Assembly: GCF_030028105.1 (NCBI RefSeq)
Contig: NC_092394.1
Coordinates: forward strand, 39,786,752 to 39,850,751
Direction of reading: 5' to 3'
DNA: 64,000 nucleotides
DNA from: Mobula birostris
Lineage: Eukaryota
Shown here piece after piece: positions 52,875 to 64,000 of this stretch; the stretch's first letter is position 1; each line of letters starts with the position of its first letter. The notes beneath the pieces were generated by a model. The model had not been told where the DNA came from. It searched no databases and was given only the letters and a program-made list of their open reading frames with translations. Both the position numbers and the translations under genes were made by a program.

Positions 52875-53330
52875 CGGCAAGATGGCAGTGTGCTTGGTTG
52901 CAGTGGCCTTTCCGGGTCTAACAAAAGGTGCAGATATTTGTCTTTAATGTTTTTTTTATATGATCACAAGACCCTGGTGGACATTGGTAATACAAAATAT
53001 TGCACGTCCGGTTCATTAGTTCATTGGTGAGACTGAAAGCGGAGGGGGTGTGTGGGCTCGGTTGCTGTGTGGAACAGGCTCTCATGTTGCAGCGTTGCCT
53101 GTTACAGCCACTCAAGGGAGGAGGCGCAAAGGCAGTTTGGGAGAAAGCAGGGAGTGGTGAGCAAGCTGGGTTGGGGGCTGGCTGTTCCATTGGTGGTGCT
53201 GCTCTCCAGTGTTCGCTCCCTGGAAGACAAGCTGGATTGCCTTCCTCTGTGGCTGCGGGAGATGAAGAACTGCTATGTGCTTGTTCTCCAGGACAATATC
53301 CCAAGCACCATCAATCATCAGTTATGCCGC
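52875..53330 (+). mobile_element. 5' region of a Rex1/Babar-like or derived non-autonomous element
   Basis: caagatggc head; LLSSVRSLEDKLDCL...REMKNCYVLVL resembles an APE N-terminus. Confidence 0.55.
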
Positions 53331-53820
53331 TCAGGGGAAGTTTCAGTTCTACAACCCCCATTGGAATTAGAAAGGCAGAAATCAAATTTAGTTTTGAAGA
53401 ACAATCCCTTCAAAATGCTGAGATGGTATGAGAATATGTCTGATGAATCCAAGATTAGAAACGTACTGCAGATGCTATCTTGCTAAGTGTTTCCAGAACT
53501 TTCTGTGTTCATTTTAGATTTCCAGAGTCTGCTGCTTTTCAATTTTTCATTACAATTGTTGTTTTCAATTTTAATTATGCAGGAAGGCTAAAATATGGTT
53601 ATGTTTTAATATTTTTAAAAATCATTTAAATTGAAGGTTGAGCCAGTAACTTCCAGATGATGGAGAGGTAGAGTGTTGGAGGCTGCTTATGGATGAAATG
53701 TTAATTCTATTTGTATTTTAATATGAATTGTGATTTAAATCCAAATATTGTTAATTAATTTAAGACAGGCTTTCCAAAAGTTCTTGTTGAATTTTCTCCA
53801 ACTTCTGTGCTTGATACTAG

Positions 53821-53919
53821 GTTGTGGAAGAGGAGGATGATGAGTATTCAGGGGCACCACCACTGAAGAGGGTTTGCACAGGACAGAATGTTGTGACTCA
53901 GCCAGTAACTGAGAGCTAA
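53821..53919 (+). CDS. BCL7B: BCL7B exon 6 (last coding), VVEEEDDEYSGAPPLKRVCTGQNVVTQPVTES*
   Basis: Conserved SGAPPLKR.C motif; tactag| acceptor; TAA 53917-53919; spliced CDS is 633 nt = 210 aa. Confidence 0.96.
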   Translation, partial: VVEEEDDEYSGAPPLKRVCTGQNVVTQPVTES

Positions 53920-56900
53920 CCCAGAATCATGGTACCTGCTGACTTGCCATCACTGACTAACTTAAAAGAATGTGATATTTATTTTCTACTTTTGATGAAT
54001 TGTGATGCTTGTGATTTATGTGTCTGAATTTAAAATGTTTCTGTATTGCAGGGTGATGTATCTTTTGTTATGCAGCAGGAATGGGTGTGGTCTGTGGCTC
54101 CATTGGGCCTTCCTTGTTGAAGAGACTTTTATATTGATAGTGTCAAAAGTAGCACTAATATAAAGGAAGTGTCCTGTTCGCCTCTTTAATGGGTCCAGCT
54201 CAGCCTTTTCCATGGACAAGAGTACCCACTGGAAGAAAGGATGGGCCTCTGTATTGACCCTCACTGGGAACCAGCTGCAAACTGGTACAGTACATAAAGA
54301 TGGATTGAAGATCCCTCTCTCTGTTTGGGGGCTGCTTTTCTGGAGTCTCAGCATCAATATGGAAGTGCCTTGATACTGAAGTGCCTCTAAATCTTTGCCA
54401 TTGTTTGAGATGACTGAAGATGGATTTGTGCGATCGATTGTTAACTATAAATTAAAATGTGGTCTTCATCCTCATTTTACCCATGGTATAAAATTGGACT
54501 TTTGCATCTGCATTCAAGGAAATACGACAGCAGCAGTTTCAAAAATAAATGCTATTGAATTTGTTACTGATTTTTTAAAAATGTATTCCAGTGGCTCATG
54601 ATTTTGCTGAATTTATATGATGGAAAATGCATTTTAAAATCTTTTAAGTTGGTGTGAGTACCCTTTTGGATTAGTTTCAATGATTCTGAACTAATTTTAA
54701 GTACCCATTAAGCTGGACTTGCATTTCCTTTGGAGAGAGCCTACACGTGATTTTAGTTTATTGTCATGAAAGGAGAATTTAATCTTTTCTACTTGTTCTT
54801 CTCAACATTTATTGCTACGTGTACATTTGGGTCAGATAATGTATGGCATACCAGCTAGAGTTCTTGCTGATAACTGCATATGTGTGGATAGTTTAACAGG
54901 ATTGGGTTGGCAATTCAGTCTCTCCAAATTTGACCAACGTGTTGATACTGATCCACCTGGGCTTGCATAGCCAGCGTTGACCAATTAAAGAGTTGGTACA
55001 AAAATATTGGAATCTTTAATCTCCCAACCTTCCTCATCAATATAGATAATATAATACCTGAATCAATTTGTGAGCTGGCTTCTGAAGCTGATTTTATTTA
55101 AAATAGAACAGTTCCTAATGGAAACAAAATTAGATTAAATCCTAGTTCAGTTTTATATCAATCAGTTTAGGAAAAATGAGCAACCTAGTAACTATGGAGA
55201 TTTCATGGACATAGCCGTGATTACAGTATATTATGCTGGTAATCATATCTTGGCATTTAAGTATTTTTAAAATTCATTATTTATCCATTATTAGCTGGGG
55301 TATGGCCAGTGCATGAGTATTTTGCTGAAGCACATCAAGTTCATAAAAGTAGGATGATTACTTGAATGTGCAGCAGAGGAATATTTGAATTCTTGATCCT
55401 ATCACAGATCCCTGGAGAGTCGATGTCTGGAATCAAGAAAATTGCAAAATAAGACTTCATACTTTATTCAGCCTCATTATGAGTTCTTCACGAGATGATT
55501 TTCTATGTAGTTATTGATTCTTTTAACATGAGGGTAAGAAAGTTATTTTTAAAAACAAGAAATGCAGAAAATACTTGGCAAGTCATGCAGTCCTGCGAAG
55601 AGAGATAGAGTTAACATTTCAGATCAATGACCATCCTGATGTTCATGATAACATCTTTGTATTGCCTATTTTAATACCATAATCATGATTTCCCAAATCC
55701 CTGGCCTTTCTAATAGAGGCTTCTTTGGGTAGTGGTCTTGTCAAAACAATGCGGTTGGGAAACTACATAAAAATGCATGTCCTCATGGTATTTCTCCTGT
55801 CACTTTCTGCATCAAGCCCTGTATCTGGTACTTTCATCTAACCCAGGTAGCAGTATTTGAATTCTGAATTGTTGTACTCGTTATATTTTAAACCATTTGT
55901 TTTGCATCAGAGTCTCTATTTTGATTGCTCAGCCCATCCGCAAAGATTCTCACATTGTCTCTCAACTCGGGTACAATTTATCACTTTGAGAAAAGTGAAT
56001 AATAGTTCATTTCCATTTCTGCTCAATTAAAAATAAAATCAGGTGAGATTATCATTTTCTTTTTGACTGATTGAATGTTAAAATCACTTAATTGCCAGAA
56101 GCCCATCTGTTTTGTTTTTAAGGTCTTTATTGTCTGCTTCAGTATCTTGTCCTTGTATTTTATTTCACATTTGCATAGCTTTGTGATGATGTTTCACCTG
56201 CCTTTGCTTCTTATTTCTTTCTTCCCATTTTTTTAAGTTTGTGTTCACAGTGTGCTTCATTAGTTAATTATACCATCTCAACTTAAAGTATTAAATATTT
56301 AATATGAAAAATATGGATCTTTTAATTTTTTTTGGTGTTCGCCCCAGTGCAGTTTCAATATTACTTACTGCTCAAAATAGCAGATCTTTTAACCAATTGG
56401 TTATCTTTCAGAATCTATGAAGATGAGAGATCGTCTAGTTACAATATGAACACCTTACTTATTTTTCATGGTAGTGTAGCCAGGACAATGTGAAAAATGT
56501 TCATATTTTGAATTTTCTGATGAAAATGCATAGATATATTTTTGAATATAAGATTAAATAGACTAATCAATTTGTATGTTGAGTTTCTTTCTTTGTAATT
56601 CCACTTAATTTGCTGAAATGCATAGAATATTATGCAATGGAGCAGAATCCAGTATTTCAGAGCATTCAGACTTGATCATAAAAATATTTGAAGGGCAACA
56701 GTTGATGTTTTTCAGAGAGCATAATGAATGATTCATTGTTTGGTGACACAAATTTCTCAATTTGTAACTCAGCAATTTCTTATAACTAATATCTGACAAC
56801 ATCTAAATAAGGAATTTTATGTGTGTGTACAAATCCTTGATCATTATTAGAGCAGTGGAACAGTAAAGATTGTTTGAAGTCTATACACATGCATTGTTGA

Positions 56901-57695
56901 TTAATTCATGACTCTGTAAACATTAATTGTTTAAATAGTCTTTTTTAAAAAGGCATTCATTTAAAAGATCTTCGTTAGCTTTAATACAAATATTATTTCT
57001 CATGTTTAGTGCCTACTAAGTTTCACCATTCAATAAAGACACTTTTTAATAAGTTATCCCATTTCTGCTGTGTGACATTCCAAAGAAGTATGATTTGAAG
57101 GGTGTGTAATGTCTCTTGGGTGGATCAGAACATTTTGGCTGCACTCTTGGCATGCAGCACTTCACACATATGACTTGAGGAACACTCAACAAATGACGGC
57201 ATTGATTATATTGTGCAACCCAAAACCTGAACATTAGATATCATTTGTTTGGTTTAAGATAACGTTTTCATTTTTTTTAATTCTTTAAATTTTTGAAAAG
57301 CTGAGCACCAACCTTGGTGATTGGTACAAGCAGATATGCATATTTTTTTACATATTAATATATTACCATTTTCATACTTTGGGTTTTGGGGTAAGCACCA
57401 TGAAATTTCAATTCTGATATTTACAGGGGCACTGCAGAATGGGTGCTGATCCTCTCTTGTTGGCTTTACTATGTTAATGATTGTAAAATCTGCCTTCTGT
57501 TCATGAAAATACACAGAAGCAAACAGTGAAAATCACTGGTATTTGCCTCAGTGATGAAACATGCTAGCAGTAATGTCAAAAAATATTTTGTATCTCAAAG
57601 GTTAAGTGTTGCCTTTCAAATTGTAAAACTCAATTATTTAGAGGATTGTTATTCAAAATGCTTGTGAAAATAAAGTGGAATGAATTTTAAAAAAG
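53920..57695 (+). other. BCL7B: Probable long BCL7B 3' UTR with alternative poly(A) signals
   Basis: AT-rich, nearly transposon-free; AATAAA at 54544, 56032, 57032 and 57669, the last followed by a GT/T-rich tract. Confidence 0.5.
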
Positions 57696-59279
57696 TTGTC
57701 TTTTTATACTGTGGCAAATTCACAGCACCTCTTCCCTGTTTTCCCTCCTCCAACTGTCAGAAGGCATAGACAAGGTTAATATAATGTACTGCCATTTTAA
57801 ATATAATAGAATAATGATCAAGAGAGTTGTGGAACAAACAACAGCTAGCTACAAAACAAACGATAGAGGTATTTGAACTTGCGAAGTGGCAATTTGTATT
57901 CCACAGGGACTTCTTAATTATAGGTTTACAGCTAATTGTTGTGAAGATTATAATTAATACTGAAGATTGTGGCAATGTTTCAAAACACTTCCATTTTACT
58001 AGGCATTGATGTTAAAGCCTTGTCTATTGTGCATTCTTAATTGCTCTTCTATCCCTTCTGATGTTAAGGTTATATGGAGTGAATTGAAAAGGTGGAAGAC
58101 TGTCTTTTACGTCAATCAGGTGAGAAAGTCAAAATGGATTAGCCATTCTATTTCTGGCTGAAGATATTTCTAAATGTTTCACGGATACTTTTGGCACTTG
58201 TAAACTGGGCCCAGCACTGAGGATGGTTGTCATTGAGGACGAGGACACTTGTCTTCCTATTGACTTCATTTGTCCAATATTCCCAATAAATATCAGGAAT
58301 GCAGAGCTTTGATGTGCATTGGTTGAAGGATTGTGACAGTTAAACATACATTGGATATGTCTAAGTTTTCCCCAGGCTTGATTGTGATGATGGATGGCGA
58401 GTTAAGCTTGTATTCCAACTTGCAAATTGTGATAGAATACAAGCCTTTGCCTAGTCGCCCACATCATCTCTCTTTTGAGCTGCCAAATCTGTTCTTGCCA
58501 CATTCAGTACAACGGGGGATATCTCTGGTGAACTCTGTCTTTGTTTCATGTGGTGATGGTCAGTCACATATATATTGATGGAAATCACTGTTCCTTGCAT
58601 TATTCACTTGCAGAACCTATCTGTCAACAATAACTTGGCTGGTTTCATTAGTAATGGTGGTGCTACTCGGCCATTCTTAATGAGTTTTAAATTCTTGGGG
58701 CAGGTATAAAGGTTCAGAGCACTGCAGTTATGTATGCTTACATTTAGTCAACTGTAATACTGCATCAGAAAGGATGGTTACATGGATGAGAGGGATCTGG
58801 AGGGATTTGGTCTGGGTGTAGGTAGATGGGACTAGCAGAGCATTTTGGCATGGACTGGATGGGCTGAAAGGCCTGCTTCTGTGCTGTGGCTCTATAAATG
58901 CATTCTGTGCCCTTAATAATTTTGAGTTTTGCTCATCCTGACTCATCAGTTGAGTGAGGACAGGTTTTTATTTACTTGGATTAATTTCATGTTGAGGACT
59001 GAGCACTGTTATACTGTTTTTTAATTTTCTGGAGGTTAGGAATACAGTGCCTCCTTGAAGGTATACTTTTTTTAAAAAATTACTTTTCAAAGTCAGCATT
59101 TTCATTGAAAGTTATTTTCAATCCTATTGACGTGAGCAGTCGTCGGCCTCTTTCATTCAAAGCAAAAGTTTTTTTGGGTGGTGGCAGAAAGGCCCTGAAC
59201 TGTAACCATAAATAAAATGGCTAGAGCTCATGGAAGTTTGAAATCGAAAATGTTTACAGTATACTTTGTTTCGCTTCAC

Positions 59280-59710
59280 AATCGGGCCGCTGATACGAGG
59301 AAGTCGTGGGAGAGCCCTGCTGTCAAAGGGGTCCGTCCTGGGAGGAATCTCCAGACAGACCATCTCCCGGAGCCCGGAGACGCGCTGGCAGCGGGCGCCG
59401 CTAGGGGGCACTCCAGGTTTAAGCGGAGGCTGGCTCCATTCCCATGGGAATCGCCGGATCCCGCCTTCCGTTACCCTGGTAACAGGACGGCGGGGCGGGA
59501 CCAAATTCAATGGCGGCCGACGATGGCAGCGAGGGAGGGGCAGCAGCCATTTACCGGACTCAGGATCCCGTTCAAAACCTCCGCATCCGGTGAGAATGCG
59601 GGAAAAAGAACCGTTTGGGGGAAGCAGCGGTGCAATACAGCAGTTGTGCGGGAGAAGGGAAATGGGATCAACGCGGGGTTGGGGGTGGGGGCGGGGAGTG
59701 GGATTAACAC
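59280..59710 (+). promoter_or_regulatory. MKS1: MKS1 CpG-island promoter with X-box, CTCF-like site and GC box
   Basis: CCGCTAGGGGGCAC (59398-59411), ATTCCCATGGGAAT (59438-59451), CTTCCG, GTTACCCTGGTAAC (59470-59483), GGGGCGGG (59492-59499). Confidence 0.8.
59510..59589 (+). CDS. MKS1: MKS1 (transition zone complex subunit) exon 1, MAADDGSEGGAAAIYRTQDPVQNLRIR
   Basis: Matches the MKS1 N-terminal AVYRSRDPVRNLRLR; 80 nt; CG|gtgaga donor. Confidence 0.93.
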
Positions 59711-61035
59711 GATTGCATACTTCAATAAAAAGTCTTTAAAATGAACAAGGTAGCGTCAGCTGTAGCAGGTCTGGCTGGAGTAAAGGTAGGTACCAAGTGC
59801 AAAGTCTATCCCCTCAGCACAGTAAATTACAAACTATCCCTAGGTTCAGTGGTGCATCCAGAGGCAGGTTAGGTCAAATGTACCCACATCTGATTACAGG
59901 TCATCCATTCTTCTACTCTAAATGTGGAAGAGCGAAAGCCCAGAACTCCACAGAATTGCAGAATAGCTGGCAGTTTGATCCAGCCCCTTTCATCATAGGA
60001 GCACTGACCTAAAATAAAAACATTTTCCTGAAGAGTTTAGTCTGTTACCACAAATTCTGCATCATCTCTGTTGTCTCTGCCATTTACTGATTTTTGTTTC
60101 GGTTTATGGAATCCAAAACATTCCTATATAATCAGAAGTCGTGCTGTTCTCCTTGGCAGTGGAAACCTAGATGGCATATCAGTGGAGGTGCTGGAAACAG
60201 TGGCGAGTGATCCATTAAATAGGGCCTTAGTGGAATGAAAAGAGAATATGTTGTTCTGTGAGAGAACGGTAGGGTCAGAGCAGAGGGGACTGAGAGGGAG
60301 TGAAAGTGGGTACGCAGCCTTCCAATATGGGTGGAACCCATGTTGGAAGGACAGTGGAAGACACGCTGGAAGTTCTGGTTATTGGGAAGGAATGGCTCAC
60401 AAGTGTTCTATGTTCTTAATTCTAGAATCATCTGAAGTGCAGAATGTGGGCCTATATTTCTTGGGTTTAAATGATCTAAGTATGTTTTTTTTTTATTTCC
60501 TGAGTCAATTGTGAAAGGTTTGGTAGGGGAGGCATTGGGTTACAGGAGGGGTGTGGGGGCAGATGGGGTACAGTGACTGATCATGGTTGAAAAAGCTTCT
60601 ATTAGAATTGCTCTATCTTTAGTAACCGCATCATAACTTACAAAGAAACAAATCTTCATCTTGTGAACAAAGCCAAAAACCTTACCGTGTCTCACCCTGT
60701 GCAAGAATGGCAAATCTGAGAAATTGCTTTGATGCATCAGCACAAAGGAGGCAGGTTTAGTCTTGCATAAGATATAGGTAGGAGTGACAGAAAAACAAAA
60801 AGAGAAATTGGCCATTTGACATTTAAATTTATACAGATACATTGAATGGACAGTGGAGAGTAGAATGATACAGTATTCCAAAGGACTCTGGAGTTCTATC
60901 CTGCCAGTTGATAGATTGGGATGGTACAAAATGCATGAATAGGGTTGATTTATGTAATCAATTAGAATTAATTTAAAGATCATGAGCTTTATGAAGGGAG
61001 GCATTTAAATGTATTTTTATTTTACTTCTAAAAAG

Positions 61036-61163
61036 TATATGGCTTCAGCGGGTCACCCCAACAACACTCCTCACTCAACATGTTTTTCAACCTGCTTCTA
61101 TCTCCAAGCAAGATGCCATCGAAATGGCTACATTCGACACCATGACTTCAGGAGGCGTCACTG
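61036..61163 (+). CDS. MKS1: MKS1 exon 2, IWLQRVTPTTLLTQHVFQPASISKQDAIEMATFDTMTSGGVT
   Basis: Resembles VHLQRIT...QPA...KDLIDLATF; phase 2 in, phase 1 out; G|gtaagt donor. Confidence 0.88.
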
Positions 61164-61569
61164 GTAAGTTGCAGCCTGATAGGTTCTGCCCTAAAATGAG
61201 CTTCAACAAGTGACTTTCAAATAAGAGACTACTTTATCCAGCGTGAAATAATTTTTTTTTAAATGTTGGAAATTGCTGGTTATGCAGAATCTCTGGGGAG
61301 ATAGAAACAACACTGTTACTGTATGGGAAGATGATCCTTCATCAGTATTTGAGAAAGGTGAAGGTGCAGGAGAAAAAAAGTACGGCAAGAGGGATTAAAT
61401 AAAGAAAGGAATGAGGTACAAGGCAGGATAATAGGGCAAGTAAGCAAGTGAAACGTAGTGTACTGAATGTGTAAATGAGTGTAGCAGGAGCAACGGAAGT
61501 TAATTTTTAAAAGCTGTAATGCTTTTAATGCAGATGTTAGATGGCATTCCTGGAGTCTGTGTTGGTTTT

Positions 61570-63515
61570 CATAGAAACATAGAAAACCTACAGCACAATA
61601 CAGGCCCTTTGGCCCACAAAGCTGTGCTGAACATGTCCTTACCTTAGAAATTACTTAGGGTTACCCATAGCCCTCTACGTTTCTGAGCTTCATGTACCTG
61701 TCCAGGAGTCTCTTAGAAGACCCTATTGTATCCCCCTCCACTACCGTCGCCAGCAGCCCATTCCATGCACTCACCACTCTCTGCATTTAAAAAAAAACTT
61801 ACCTCTGACACCTCCTCTGTACCTACTTCCAAGCACCTTAAAACTGTGCCCTCTCGTGCTAGCCATTTCAGCCCTGGGAAAAAGCCGCTGACTATCCACA
61901 TGATCAATGCCTCTCATCATCTTATACACCTCTATCAGGTCATCTCTCATCCTCCGTCGCTCCAAGGAGAAAAGGCCGAGTTCACTCAACCTATTCTCAT
62001 AAGGCATGCTCCCCAATCCAGGCAACATCCTTGTAAATCTCCTCTGCACCCTTTCTATGGTTTCCACATTCTTCCTATAGTGAGGCGACCAGAACTGAAC
62101 ACAGTACTCCAAGTGGGGTCTGACCGATGTCCTATATAGCTGCAACATTACCTCTCGGCTCCTACGCTCAATCCCATGATTGATGAAGGCCAATGCACCG
62201 TATGCTTTCTTAACCACAGAGTCAACCTGCACAGCAGCTTTGAGTGTCCTGTGTACTCGGACCTCAAGATCCCTCTGATCCTCCACAGTGTCAAGAGTCT
62301 GAGCATTAATGCTATATTCAGTCATCATATTTGACCTACCAAAATGAACCACCTTTTATGTGTTTAGTCACATCCTCAAAAAATTCAATCAGGCTCGTAA
62401 GGCACGACCTGCCTTTGACAAAGCCATGCTCACTATTCCTAATCATATTATGCCTCTCCAAATGTTCATAAATCCTGCCTCTCAGGATCTCCTCCATTAA
62501 CTTACCAACCACTGAAGTAAGACTCACTGGTCTATAATTTCCTGGGCTATCCCTACTGCCTTTCTTGAATAAGGAAACAACATCCACAACCCTCCAATCC
62601 TCTGGAACCTCTCCCGTCCCCATTGATGATGGGAAGATCATCGCCAGAGGCTCAGCAATCTCCTCCCTCGCTTCCCACAGTAGCCCGGGGTACATCTCAT
62701 CCGGCCCCGGTGACTTATCCAACTTGATGCTTTCGAAAAGCTCCAGCACATCCTCTTTCTTAATGTCTACATGCTCAAGCTTTTCAATCTGCTGTAAGTC
62801 ATCCCTACAATCGCCGAGATCCTTTTCTGTAGTGAATACTGAAGCAAAGTACTCATTAAGTACCTCTGCTATCTTCTCCAGTTCCATACACTTTTCCACT
62901 GTCACACTTGATTGGTCCTATTCTCTTATGTCTTATCCTCTTGTTCTTCACATACTTGTAGAATACCTTGGGGTTTTCCTTAATCCTGTCTGCCAAGGCC
63001 TTCTCATGGCCCCTTCTGGCTCTCCTAATTTCTTTCTTAAGCTCCTTCCTGCTAGCCTTATAATCTTCTAGATCTCTATCATTACCTAGTTTTCCTTGAA
63101 CCTTTCGTAAGCTCTTCTTTTCTTCTTGACTACATTTACAACAGCCTTTGTACACCATGGTTCCTGTACTCTACCATCCTTTCCCTTTCTCATTGGAACA
63201 TACCTATGCAGAACCCCATGCAAATATCCCCTGAACATTTGCCACATTTCTTCCGTCCATTTCCCTGAGAACATATGTTCCCAATTTATGCTTCCAAGTT
63301 CTTGCCTGATAGCCTCATATTTCCCCTTACTCCAATTAAACGGTTTTCTAACTTGTCTGTTCCTATCCCTCTCCAATGCAATGGTAAAGGAGATAGAATT
63401 GTGATCACTATCTCCAAAATGCTCTCGCACTGAGAGACCTGACACCCGACCATGTTCATTTCCCAATACAGCCTCTCCTCTTGTAGGCTTATCTACATAT
63501 TGTGTCAAAAAACTT
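61570..63515 (-). mobile_element. CR1 LINE in MKS1 intron 2, with the RT core deleted at ~62350
   Basis: TQYVDKPTRGEA, GDSDH, NYRPVSLTS, SCLTSLIEFFE, then a direct jump to VHFGRSN...RPHLEYC; no PQG/FADD segment. Confidence 0.92.
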
Positions 63516-63811
63516 TCATTGGAATGTTTGGGCCTGAATGACGGTGGGATGAAAATTTCAGATTACTAGATGCTGTAATATTGAGTGGATCTATGGTGCA
63601 GGGAAGGTGGCAAATTTGTTTCTCCAATATAAGCGGCAAGTATACAATTTTAAAAAAAGCTAGAAAGAATTTTAAACTCTTTATAGAAAATTGCTACTCA
63701 TCTGAAAAGTGTATTTGTTGTCCTTCATTCAACACACACCCATGCAAAAATATTTATTTATTTGCCTTGAGCAACTCCATCATTAATTGCAATTTCTTCC
63801 CAATCTTGCAG

Positions 63812-63876
63812 ATGGTTATCGGACTGATGACCGAGAAGAAGTTGTAGTTGGTTGGCAAGAGAAGCTATTCAGCCAG
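63812..63876 (+). CDS. MKS1: MKS1 exon 3, (D)GYRTDDREEVVVGWQEKLFSQ; the gene continues beyond the window
   Basis: Diagnostic EE.V.GWQEKLFSQ; cttgcag| acceptor and CAG|gtgatt donor. Confidence 0.95.
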
Positions 63877-64000
63877 GTGATTTATCTTTAAAACTACCGT
63901 GAACTACAGTGACTAATTTCTGAAGCTCCTTTTTAAGGAAGGAATATATTTGAGGCATTAAATGCAAAATACTTAAGTTTACACTTATGCCATACAATGC

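Noticed and set aside
59157-59744. 117-175 aa ORFs over the MKS1 promoter
   Set aside because: CpG-island artefacts; the real exon 1 is in another frame (59510-59589)

Overview
Vertebrate (eukaryotic) genomic DNA. The repeat landscape (CR1 LINEs with an SGNH-esterase ORF1, Rex1/Babar LINEs, tRNA-derived SINEs, Penelope GIY-YIG relics, Tc1) suggests a cartilaginous fish, probably a ray; this is an inference. Three host genes are recognisable: single-exon DNAJC30 (- strand, 14359-15651, with an unusually long N-terminal extension), a complete six-exon BCL7B (+, CDS 19867-53919, 210 aa, 21.9-kb intron 1) and the first three exons of the ciliary transition-zone gene MKS1 (+, from 59510), whose promoter carries an RFX X-box, a CTCF-like site and a 14-bp palindrome. 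A fourth, unidentified gene may end at ~9.8 kb (+ strand exon candidates 1009-1136 and 9562-9643). BCL7B intron 1 is a nest of transposons: a Tc1 relic split by a CR1 LINE and by a two-LTR Gypsy element with a PNMA-type Gag and no integrase, plus a candidate retroviral-type solo LTR inside a SINE inside a Penelope relic. Most ORF-track entries are transposon debris or antisense noise. I found no convincing wholly new biological system. The best leads are the PNMA-like Gypsy, the DNAJC30 extension, the unidentified exons, the solo LTR and the gene order. Repeat boundaries are approximate unless a TSD is quoted.
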